From Promethearchaeota archaeon (GTDB lineage: Archaea; Asgardarchaeota; Heimdallarchaeia; Hodarchaeales; Hodarchaeaceae), in the NCBI GenBank assembly GCA_048938105.1, contig JBHLMN010000001.1, positions 237,374 through 269,373 on the forward strand: a DNA stretch of 32,000 bases, given 5' to 3'. The notes under the pieces are model-generated. The model made no database searches. It had not been told where the DNA came from and saw only the letters and a program-made list of their open reading frames with translations. The first letter of the stretch is position 1; every line of letters starts with the position of its first letter. This document shows positions 17,967 to 26,471 of this stretch, one piece after another. Both the position numbers and the translations under genes were made by a program.

Positions 17967-19214
17967 TATGATGTGACTTGTTCCATAGCTATTCTGATAT
18001 TCTTTGATCAACATTTTAGGATCATTGAAGGCAGGAATAACCCACACATAAGGTTTTGTTACTCGTTGTCCTTTCTTTATCTGATGAATGAACCCCCTTT
18101 CATGAAGATATTTTAGTCGCTGAATCAAAAAATCAGGATGTCGCCCTTTGAGTAAAGTTTTTAGTTTTGAATGGAATCGAAGCTCATTTGTATTGCGAAT
18201 TTTGTGATCTCCTAGAATTTTAATTATTGTAAGACAAACTTTTTTTGCAAATTCTCTAGCATAAACTGTTTTCAAGTCATAAGAAGCCACTAATGTTTTT
18301 AATTCGTCATGCTTATGCCATAATCCGAGTAAAGGATCTTTAGAAACAGACATGCAAAGATCATTGTAGAATTGTATGACTCCTCGCTGATATAGTCCAA
18401 ATGTATACCCTCTACCACGAAGTTTGGGAGGATAGGGGGTATGTTCATAACCTAATTGATCACATAGCCTCATTACATTTTCTAGTAATACCTTATTTTT
18501 TTGACCAAAGTATAAATTTTTACTTACACAACCATCATCAAGAAGAAATGCAGCAAGAAACTGTACTTTCCATGCATGATATATTGGAGGAAGGTCTATT
18601 ATAAATTGAATGAACTTAGGGGTTTTTAAATCGTTTAAAGTAAAACTTGGCATAGTAGAGATAATTAGATAAGTTAATCCCTTTGGAAAGTTTACCCTTT
18701 CGCTTTTACCACCAGGACGACGACTCAAACGCTCTAATAGGTCACGCATAAATCCTTGATTTTTTGGTTGTTGAGTCCAAGTTAATGTAGGACTTGAATT
18801 TCTTTTATCAATAGTTCCATCTCCAATAATGTGACAGAGTGCTCGCCAGGCGTATATATTCATAGTAAAGGGAAAAGAAAGATTTTCTTTCTTACCGTGA
18901 GAAGAAAAACGTATTGTTTGAACTGATTTCTCAACTATCTTGAGATCTAATTTAGCTGCTTTACAGAGCTTCCAGAGGTTGGAAACTGAAATTGACATAT
19001 TTGGATTGTTACGAATATTGCTCAAAACTTTGTAATAAATTGAAAGTCGACCTGACAACTTTGAGAGATTACTTCTCCTCAAGAAATTAGAAACAGAAAG
19101 CCAAGTATTATAATCTAGAATGACATAAAAATCTTTTAAATCCCATAGATGTATCTCATTGAAAAAGTTATTATCCCACATTTTCCTGATAAGTGTTTCA
19201 CATATTGATATCAC
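17934..19214 (-). CDS. Free-standing double-motif LAGLIDADG homing-endonuclease-like protein with C-terminal winged-helix-like tail
   Basis: Two LAGLIDADG-type motifs: WRALCHIIGDGTID and FLAAFLLDDGCVSK, both keeping the acidic residue. The C-terminus LKYLHERGFIHQIKKGQRVTKPYVWVI looks wHTH-like. The start is ambiguous: GTG 19214 or ATG 19181. Confidence 0.7.
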   Translation of the reverse strand: MISICETLIRKMWDNNFFNEIHLWDLKDFYVILDYNTWLSVSNFLRRSNLSKLSGRLSIYYKVLSNIRNNPNMSISVSNLWKLCKAAKLDLKIVEKSVQTIRFSSHGKKENLSFPFTMNIYAWRALCHIIGDGTIDKRNSSPTLTWTQQPKNQGFMRDLLERLSRRPGGKSERVNFPKGLTYLIISTMPSFTLNDLKTPKFIQFIIDLPPIYHAWKVQFLAAFLLDDGCVSKNLYFGQKNKVLLENVMRLCDQLGYEHTPYPPKLRGRGYTFGLYQRGVIQFYNDLCMSVSKDPLLGLWHKHDELKTLVASYDLKTVYAREFAKKVCLTIIKILGDHKIRNTNELRFHSKLKTLLKGRHPDFLIQRLKYLHERGFIHQIKKGQRVTKPYVWVIPAFNDPKMLIKEYQNSYGTSHIISKKYVQESHN

Positions 19215-19389
19215 ATTATAAGGGAGATTCTATGATTAAAAAGGTTTCAGACATCTTTCAAATTATATTTCGGTCTCTTTTAGATTATTTTTAGTTCAGG
19301 TCCCCTAAATAATATGCTTCTATAGATAATTCTGTGAGACAAACTCTTTAGGCTTGTATTCAGAATTCCTCATACTGCTGAATCAATGA

Positions 19390-19416
19390 GATTCCTATCG
19401 ATTCCTATATATATAC
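19390..19416. repeat. Tandem decamer (GATTCCTATC GATTCCTATA) running into a (TA)n stretch
   Basis: Read directly: GATTCCTAT at 19390-19398 and 19400-19408, followed by TATATATAC. It lies in the 312-bp AT-rich spacer between the LAGLIDADG gene and the full-length membrane-protein gene. It may be a TATA/operator element for either gene. Confidence 0.4.
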
Positions 19417-19526
19417 AGTTAATATTATATCAGATTATAAAAAATACAAAGGAATCAAAGTAATAAAACTTAATAAATCATGTATTATAATTTTCATTTC
19501 TAATAAATTGCATAAGATGGAAAGAC

Positions 19527-20717
19527 ATGGATATTTCAGAGTTAATCTTCATTAATCTAGGGCCATTTCTTTATAATCTCATTTTCATTTTGTTATGGAT
19601 CCTTTGGTTTCTTTATCATAAAAAAGATCCTTTCATTCAAAAAGCATTCAAAACCTATCTTAAAAGAAATTACCTTTTCTATCCTATAACAGGATGTTTA
19701 ATTGTCATATTTCTCTATCTATTGTTCTCTTATGCGATAATAAACACCGATGTTGATGATGCTATAACATCTGCCGTCCGGGCTTTTCTAGAGGGAAGTA
19801 ATCCCTATCAAGAAAATGTTGTAGAGCATTATATAGATTCTGAAATGGTTCTTGGTCGTTATCATTATTTTCCTCCAGATCTACTCATATATAGTCTCTT
19901 TTACATCCTTATTGGTCATGTCTTCTATGAAGACATCTCCCTTTTGGGAAGGGATATCTCCCTTTTAGGCACATATTGGTTCGTACCATTGCACTTTTTA
20001 TTAGTAATCCCAGGATATTGGATAATTACCCAGCTTGTAGATTGGCCTCATTATAGATTGTTTCCTTTTACTTTACTTCTAATTACTCCCTTTTTGTTCA
20101 CCAATTCAATGCTCATGTGGTTTTTTTTCCTTATAGGATATTATTATTATGAAAAAAAAGAAAGACACATCCTTGGTATGGTATTCTACGTACTAGCAGC
20201 CTCAGTAAAATACATGGTGGGTTTTATTATTCTCTTTTATTTTATTCGTACCATAAAAGAAATTTATAAAGAGGAAGACCCCTTAAACAATTTGAATTTA
20301 ACTGGATATAAACTTGCTCCTTATATTCTCTCCAGTTTGGTCTTAACTTTAATTTGTTTGCCATTTGGGCTCATCAACGTCATAGATTCAGTTTTTATAT
20401 CTCAAGGAGATCCCCAACACAGAGAGGATGTTGCTCAATCAGTGGGTCCTTTATTGATTGAAGTCCTTAAATTCTTAAATTTGAAATCTCTCTATCTCCC
20501 TATAGTAGGAACCATTGCTATTCTAGCTTTCATTATCCTAATGAGACAGCCTACATATGACCAAATCATTCACTTCTCTTTCCTTTCTATGATTATTCTC
20601 CCATTTTATGCTACAGAGCTGTTCATCACCCTTCCTTTCTTCTTTTGGTTTAAAGAGGGAGCTGAATCTATAAAACTAAACATTAATACTGATATCCCAT
20701 CAGAACTACCGCCCTGA
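19527..20717 (+). CDS. Polytopic membrane protein, GT-C-fold glycosyl/mannosyltransferase-like (PIG-M / DUF2029-like first-loop motif)
   Basis: 396 aa, about 10 hydrophobic spans. The first extracytoplasmic loop reads TDVDDAITSAVRAFLEGSNPYQ...RYHYFPPDLL, resembling the DxD...G.(S/N)PY...Y.Y(P/T)P pattern of PIG-M/GT87-type enzymes. Assignment is by motif only. Confidence 0.45.
   Translation: MDISELIFINLGPFLYNLIFILLWILWFLYHKKDPFIQKAFKTYLKRNYLFYPITGCLIVIFLYLLFSYAIINTDVDDAITSAVRAFLEGSNPYQENVVEHYIDSEMVLGRYHYFPPDLLIYSLFYILIGHVFYEDISLLGRDISLLGTYWFVPLHFLLVIPGYWIITQLVDWPHYRLFPFTLLLITPFLFTNSMLMWFFFLIGYYYYEKKERHILGMVFYVLAASVKYMVGFIILFYFIRTIKEIYKEEDPLNNLNLTGYKLAPYILSSLVLTLICLPFGLINVIDSVFISQGDPQHREDVAQSVGPLLIEVLKFLNLKSLYLPIVGTIAILAFIILMRQPTYDQIIHFSFLSMIILPFYATELFITLPFFFWFKEGAESIKLNINTDIPSELPP
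19932..19973 (+). repeat. In-frame 21-bp tandem duplication inside the membrane-protein gene (DISLLGR / DISLLGT)
   Basis: GACATCTCCCTTTTGGGAAGG followed by GATATCTCCCTTTTAGGCACA, 16 of 21 identical by hand count. Confidence 0.8.
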
Positions 20718-20742
20718 CCCCTAAAACCGCTTCAACAGGATG

Positions 20743-20985
20743 TTACCTTTTTCTATCAGCAATTGTAGTAATTACAGAAATACTGCGCACAGAAAAACGT
20801 TCATCAACATAAAGAATACGCACATGCTTCTCTTCTGAGTCAGTGAGACCATGTATGTCTACAACTTGACAGACTCCGGAGATTGAAGGTTTATAATCGT
20901 TCTTATTCATCTTTAAGGGTATTGCCTTCTTGCATATTGAGCAAGGTTCGCAATTGAGATCCACTAAATCAGTCTTAGATGACAT
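20743..20985 (-). CDS. Small hypothetical protein with an N-terminal CxxCxxC cluster
   Basis: 80-aa ORF with LNCEPCSICKKAIPL. No family recognised. Coding status is inferred only from ORF length in AT-rich DNA. Confidence 0.35.
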   Translation of the reverse strand: MSSKTDLVDLNCEPCSICKKAIPLKMNKNDYKPSISGVCQVVDIHGLTDSEEKHVRILYVDERFSVRSISVITTIADRKR

Positions 20986-21163
20986 TGTCCGTCTCGCCTG
21001 TTATGCTTTTGTGAAAGAACTCCAATCTTTATAGCTTCAAAAACCTTTGCTAATTCTTCGTATTAACTTTCATAAACTACCGATTACATAAATTTAAATA
21101 GAGATGTTTTCTCTAAAAACTAAGAGTATATAACTATTCAACTTAAAATCAGGGGTTCTACTA

Positions 21164-21499
21164 GTGGATGATGAGGAACTTGTTGCAGACACTCCTTGGG
21201 GAAAGTTAATCACCTCAAAAGGATTAAAAATACTTTTAACAGGATTTGAGAATGATTTGGAAAAATTAGGGAAAAGCCTAGCTCGCATTGAAACACGCTT
21301 AGCTGAAATAGAAGGTACCCATTCAGATAAAAATGTGAAAAGTCGAATTCAGGCAATTGAAGGGTCTTTAAAGTCACTTGAAGATGATATTCAAGAATTT
21401 CGTACTAATCAGACTGCTTTTGCTGCACATATGAAGAAAACTCTTCAAATATTCTACTCTAAACTTGATGAAATGACGATTAATAAAGACATAATCTGA
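21164..21499 (+). CDS. Small coiled-coil protein, unknown function
   Basis: 111 aa with heptad-like helical sequence (LEKLGKSLARIETRLAEIEGT...IQAIEGSLKSLEDDIQEF). It overlaps only a shadow ORF on the other strand. Confidence 0.45.
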   Translation: MDDEELVADTPWGKLITSKGLKILLTGFENDLEKLGKSLARIETRLAEIEGTHSDKNVKSRIQAIEGSLKSLEDDIQEFRTNQTAFAAHMKKTLQIFYSKLDEMTINKDII

Positions 21500-21519
21500 A
21501 GATGATTTGAAGGGGTAAA

Positions 21520-23778
21520 TTATGGGAGAGTACGATCCCCTGGAGAGCTAAAAACAGTTTGAATTCGAATGGCGAGTTTTTTTCCAATTTGTGGAACATT
21601 AGTCAATTCTTCTAAACTAGCTGAAGCGATAGCCTGAATAGTTGTAAATTTGTCTAATAAATTCTTCGCTTTTGTTAAATTAATACCTGGGATGGCAGCT
21701 AACATGAATAATTGAATTTCTCTTATATTTTGTTCTTTTTTTGATACTGTAGGTAACGAAAACTCTGTAGGAGTATCCTTTTGTTCACGTTTCGCCAATT
21801 GAAACATAAGTGTTGCAGTTTCTGAATCATTTCGAGTAAAAACTAAAGGAATCTGGAAATCAAGAATTATTGAACTAATAGCACCCATAATACTGTTTAT
21901 GTGAATTTGTCGTCCTATTACTTCTGATTCCAACTGAATTAATAATAAAGGCAGCCTTTGCTGTGAAAGTCTTGTTAATTGGGATTGTTGTCCAGGGGAT
22001 GAGGGGTGAAATAATCGTCCATCTATTATGGAACTCACAAAATCTGAATAAGTTTTTCGTTCTACAACCAATCGGTTTGAAAGAACGTAATCACCTACTT
22101 CTAGTTCTTGGGATTGTAAGCGAGCTCCTTGTTGTTTTAATAATTTAGGTACACGAGTTGAAGCCTCACGAGTATCGATAATAATCAAAGGAGTTGAAGG
22201 CCCAGGTTCGATGATATCCTTTTTTTCTTGTCTTACGAAGAATTTATCTAAAGTTTCGATGGTATCGTGAGCTTCCTTTTTTTCTAACAGAAGTTGTAAT
22301 TCATTCTTCAAGAAATCATTCATTTTCTTGTTCTTTCTATTAATTGCCCAGTACATTGACTCATCGCGAGTATCTTTGGTCACTAGGTGGATGACTCGAG
22401 ATTTCTTCTTCCTACCTCTTCCTCGACGTTGAATTGCCCTGATGATAGAAGGTACTGAATCATAAAACACAACTAAATCGCAATTTCCAACATCTAAACC
22501 CTCCTCACCAACTGAAGTGCTTAAAAGAATCTGTAGATCACCTCGTTTGAATTCTTCAACAACCTCTAGTTGTTGTTTTTGGGTCAACCCTTTATCTTCC
22601 TTCGAGCTTGAATGACCAATGAATATTCCAGCTTCAATACCACAATTAGATAATTCTTTATGCAGGAACCGAATTGTATCGCGATAATTACTGAATATGA
22701 TGATCCTAGAGTCTTGGGAGGTGGTTCTTTTTAGAACATTAGTAATTTCATCTATTAAATGCTGAAGTTTAGGATGAATCAGCGATTTATCTGATAGCAC
22801 TTTCTCTAGGGCGACAATTCTATGGTCTTCTAAAAATAACCTTAGGGCTTTTGAAGAGGACTTTCGACGCCATTTTTGAAGGCTATTAAACGCTTGAGGG
22901 AATCCTTGACTTTCAACGAGTTCTTTTAGGTGCTGCACCCGAATTAAATTCGAACTGAATATCAGCAATCCCCCAAAACTAGACTCTTGCTTAGTAAGCT
23001 TTACAACTTGTTGGTGAATCCCTAATGCTTCTCTTTTTCCTATATATTTGAAATCTAAAGCCCCTGGTATTTGTTCTTTTAGGGAAAGAATTAATTCATC
23101 CTGATAGCTATGTAGTGTTTTGAGAACCTGAGTATATTTCTCAGGAAGCTTAATCCAGATGACTTTCGGAGTATGTATAGAAATATATTCTTTAACATCC
23201 AAATCAGTAGTATCTGTTACAGATACTTTAGTAATCTTGAGATTCTCACACACCTCCAGGATTTTCTCCGGATTGTTTCCAGGTGTTGCAGTAAATCCTA
23301 TGATCTGACTTTTAGCTTGAGCAGCAATTCCTACGTATGCATAATCACCAGTAGCTCTATGAACCTCATCGATACAAATTAATCCGATTTTTCTTAAATC
23401 TAGGCGATCATAAGTTACGTCGTTTTCAATTGTTTGAGGTGTACCTACAATAATCTTGGCATTCGGATAGCTTTCCTTCCGTTTTGGAGGAGGAACTTCT
23501 CCTGATACCTCAAGAACCATATCAGAGGATAAATTACCAATGAATTCACATAACATTTCCTTAATCTGATGAACGAGGGGTCTGGTTGGAGTTAAAATAA
23601 GAATTTGTTTGGTAGGGTCTTTCTTCAGGTAATAAGCTGATAAGTATGCCATAATAACCGTTTTACCTAACCCTGTTGGAAGGACGACGAGGGTATTCCC
23701 TGAATTCGTTACACACTCAGAAAAAATGACTTGTTGATATATTCGCGGTTCAGCAGTAGTAATGAAAGATTCATCCAA
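21520..23778 (-). CDS. hef: Hef: SF2 helicase fused to XPF/ERCC4-type nuclease and (HhH)2
   Basis: Walker A VVLPTGLGKTVIMA, DEVH box LICIDEVHRA, helicase motif VI QRRGRGRK, ERCC4 motif VGDYVLSNRLVVERKTYSDFVSS (GDx(n)ERKx3D intact), and C-terminal HhH repeats IPGINLTKAKNLL...VPQIGKKLAIRI. Confidence 0.9.
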   Translation of the reverse strand: MDESFITTAEPRIYQQVIFSECVTNSGNTLVVLPTGLGKTVIMAYLSAYYLKKDPTKQILILTPTRPLVHQIKEMLCEFIGNLSSDMVLEVSGEVPPPKRKESYPNAKIIVGTPQTIENDVTYDRLDLRKIGLICIDEVHRATGDYAYVGIAAQAKSQIIGFTATPGNNPEKILEVCENLKITKVSVTDTTDLDVKEYISIHTPKVIWIKLPEKYTQVLKTLHSYQDELILSLKEQIPGALDFKYIGKREALGIHQQVVKLTKQESSFGGLLIFSSNLIRVQHLKELVESQGFPQAFNSLQKWRRKSSSKALRLFLEDHRIVALEKVLSDKSLIHPKLQHLIDEITNVLKRTTSQDSRIIIFSNYRDTIRFLHKELSNCGIEAGIFIGHSSSKEDKGLTQKQQLEVVEEFKRGDLQILLSTSVGEEGLDVGNCDLVVFYDSVPSIIRAIQRRGRGRKKKSRVIHLVTKDTRDESMYWAINRKNKKMNDFLKNELQLLLEKKEAHDTIETLDKFFVRQEKKDIIEPGPSTPLIIIDTREASTRVPKLLKQQGARLQSQELEVGDYVLSNRLVVERKTYSDFVSSIIDGRLFHPSSPGQQSQLTRLSQQRLPLLLIQLESEVIGRQIHINSIMGAISSIILDFQIPLVFTRNDSETATLMFQLAKREQKDTPTEFSLPTVSKKEQNIREIQLFMLAAIPGINLTKAKNLLDKFTTIQAIASASLEELTNVPQIGKKLAIRIQTVFSSPGDRTLP

Positions 23779-24188
23779 AATTAATCTAACTCACAGATAC
23801 TAGCTCATAAAAACACTCAAAGATATATTTTCCTGTGAATATTAAGCATTTTTTGTTTATCAATGAAACATTATATTCGTACCAATTCACTTAAAAAACC
23901 TAGACAGCACTTGATACAGAATAAAATGATGGATAATAAGAGATTCTTAATTCTATTCCACGTTCAAAAAATTTTTAGAATAGAGAAAAGAAGAGACTGT
24001 ACTAATTCTAGTTTATGAGAAATTTTTTCTAGAAAACGAGAATTAATACAATTAAAAACATTAATATGTCATTAATAGCCTATGTTTTCCAGAAAAAAAA
24101 GTTACGAGAATATAAAGATTCATTTGAAAAATATCTTTAAAAAAGGGGGATCAGGTAATTCATTAAAAATAAGTATTTAACTAAAAAA

Positions 24189-25022
24189 GTGATAAAAATG
24201 GCTGAAAAAGAAGAACCTCAAGAAGAAGCGACACCCATTACTGAGATAGAACGGAAAATTACCGTAGACCTTTGGAAAACAAAACTACACGGGGAAATTG
24301 TAGGAATAAAACAAAAAGAAGAATATATGGCTAAATCCCGTCAATTTACTAGAGATCTTGAACTGATTGGTGAAGTTAAGGAAAAAAAGAAAGGGGAAGA
24401 AGAGACCATTGGATATGTAGGTTATCGAAAAGGGCTATGGGATGATGAAGAAGATAAATTAGAAAGACGCTTAGTAATTAAACTATTTTCGAAATCAATG
24501 TATTATCAAGGCACCCTAGAAGAAATGGTCGGTCGGGAGTTCACCCGTTCATTATCCGCACGACATGATTTTCCTAGTTTTAACTTAATGATTGATGATT
24601 ATGAATACTTAATTCCGCTAAATAAGATTCGTGGCGGAAAGTTCGTTCCAGAATGGTTTGTTTTCCGTATTGATGATGAAGAAGGATTTATTCCGATTAT
24701 TTTAAAGCATAAGATGGGACTTGGAATCGATTATCGGGTAGTTCACGGAATAGGTGACACACAATTTGGTAAAATTGATGGGAAAAAGTTCGATGTAGGG
24801 GGACGATATGACATCAGCCTTAAATCCACGGATGAACGTTTGGTTGATAATGTTCTTGTACGAGTATTAATCCTCTTTGCAGCTTCTTTGAAGTTTCATG
24901 AAGAAATTTTTAAGAAAATTAAGAAGGGGACGAAAAAAATGAGAAAGAATGAATGGCAACCAACACTTTCGAATGAAGAAAAACTTCTTCGACGTAATCC
25001 ACGAGCGATTCTACGGAAATAA
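24189..25022 (+). CDS. Tubby-C/YxjI/LURP-one-like beta-barrel protein with acidic N-terminal extension (tentative)
   Basis: The C-terminal part GKIDGKKFDVGGRYDISLKSTDERLVDNVLVRVLILFAASLKF resembles the end of YxjI/LOR-family proteins (KKWxSWGDxYELxI followed by a hydrophobic central helix). The start may be ATG 24198 rather than GTG 24189. Confidence 0.4.
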   Translation: MIKMAEKEEPQEEATPITEIERKITVDLWKTKLHGEIVGIKQKEEYMAKSRQFTRDLELIGEVKEKKKGEEETIGYVGYRKGLWDDEEDKLERRLVIKLFSKSMYYQGTLEEMVGREFTRSLSARHDFPSFNLMIDDYEYLIPLNKIRGGKFVPEWFVFRIDDEEGFIPIILKHKMGLGIDYRVVHGIGDTQFGKIDGKKFDVGGRYDISLKSTDERLVDNVLVRVLILFAASLKFHEEIFKKIKKGTKKMRKNEWQPTLSNEEKLLRRNPRAILRK

Positions 25023-25040
25023 ATCACAGGAGTCTTATCA

Positions 25041-25721
25041 TTGATCCCTGAAGATGAGAGCTTAGAATTCGTAATCGAACATCTCAAGGATATGATTCAA
25101 GAACAAGCAGATAAAAAAATAGAAAAAGTATCAGATCTGACAGATATTCTTTCTAATTTTATGGCCACATTTTTAATAGTGGTTGATGCGTTAATTTCAA
25201 GCAGTCAGTCAAGATTTGGGGCAATTGATGAAAAATTAGCTGAATTTGAGGATCTTCTACAGGGTACTTCTATTAAAGGGTTATCAGAGCCATCAGAAAT
25301 ATCGGAGAAAAGGCCTATTGAAGAAAAAAAACAACCAATAGAAGAGTCCGTAGTTAAATCATCCAAAACCCCGCCGATTCCATCGAGTGATGTTGTAATC
25401 TCTCCACCACCTCCACCGCCCCCTTCCCCTTTCCCTTCCATAACCGTTGCGGAAGAACAGAAACCTGTAGTTGAAACCACAGAAATCATGGAAGATGAAA
25501 TCACTGAAGACGAAGCCATCGAAACATCAGAAGATATGGAAGAAATGGAGGTGGAAGATCTTGCAGCATTTGCATTTCAACGGCGCGAAAAAAAAGAAAA
25601 AGTCCCTCCCTCTCGTCAAGTCGATTCAGGACTTAGTGCAGGATCACTCAAATTGGAATTAATGAAAGAACTAAAAAAGAAATTCAGTAGTGAAAAAGAC
25701 ACTCAAAATGAATCTAATTGA
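25041..25721 (+). CDS. Acidic, proline-rich protein of unknown function
   Basis: 226 aa. TTG start preceded by AGGAG at 8-nt spacing, 18 nt after the upstream stop, so probably co-transcribed. The N-terminus is helical, followed by TPPIPSSDVVISPPPPPPPSPFPS, a strongly acidic block (EIMEDEITEDEAIETSEDMEEMEVEDL), and a basic C-terminal helix LKLELMKELKKKF. Confidence 0.5.
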   Translation: MIPEDESLEFVIEHLKDMIQEQADKKIEKVSDLTDILSNFMATFLIVVDALISSSQSRFGAIDEKLAEFEDLLQGTSIKGLSEPSEISEKRPIEEKKQPIEESVVKSSKTPPIPSSDVVISPPPPPPPSPFPSITVAEEQKPVVETTEIMEDEITEDEAIETSEDMEEMEVEDLAAFAFQRREKKEKVPPSRQVDSGLSAGSLKLELMKELKKKFSSEKDTQNESN

Positions 25722-26471
25722 AATCTATCAAGATGGGGGGATTCATATCTCCAAGGAGATTTTTAGCAAGCAAAGAGCAACCTTCAGTCCCTCCTGAAGC
25801 AATATGTCATTAGGTATGTGAAAACAACCACAATTGATCCAGTATTTGTCATACTTCTATTCAGACACCATAAAAAGACACAATAAAATCGAATCCCAAT
25901 TAATATGAGAGGAACAGTACCTCATTTACACTTTCTTTCTTTATTATAGAACCCCCACTTGATTTAAAAAAAGCAGGTTAGTATTGAAACTGATTATCCT
26001 CAAGAAATGGATCTAAAGACCACTCCTTAAGGATGTCAGAGAGAGTGCGATATATATATCGTTTTCCGTAATTCAAAGCCGTCTTTAATAATCCTTCAAT
26101 GGATAGGGCATCATCAGACAAAAGAGATCCTTCGTACCTAGCGAGGTGGAAGGGGTTCTTAAAGGTAACGAAATAGGCCAGAATTACAGAAGAGTATTAC
26201 TGTCTACATAGGAAGGTATCTCAACAGATTTGTGAAATTAATACCAGAAAAAAAGTAACGACTAAAATGACGCTTTAATGATGAAGAACTTGCCTGAGAA
26301 TAATGGAGTCTCTGAAAAATCTAAAATTATGGAAGGGAAAACCAATTAAAATCTAGGTCTAGTTCTCCTCTTACTGTTCCCCTCTGTAAGTCTTAATTGT
26401 ATTCAGAAAATGGAAGCTGATCAAAGTAGTGACGCCATAAGGCTATATAATGAATTTTCTGGCCGAATCAG

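Noticed and set aside
24896-25662. ORFs 24896-25087 (-), 25205-25519 (-, containing GGGGGGG) and 25471-25662 (+), which overlap the 277-aa and 226-aa genes.
   Set aside because: The poly-Gly frame is simply the reverse complement of the polyproline tract. The main frames have SD-supported starts and more protein-like composition.
25888-25897. ATCGAATCCC, which resembles a tRNA T-arm/T-loop and could be a tRNA or an att-site remnant at the island edge.
   Set aside because: The flanking sequence is A-rich. I could not fold any acceptor, D or anticodon stems, and a 10-mer alone is not evidence.
26278-26315. C/D-box sRNA-like string: ATGATGA (C box), 9 nt, CTGA, 14 nt, CTGA.
   Set aside because: The guide spacers are too short (9 nt versus about 12 nt). 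There is no credible C' box and no terminal stem, and the total length of about 38 nt is below typical archaeal C/D sRNAs. It is likely chance in AT-rich DNA.
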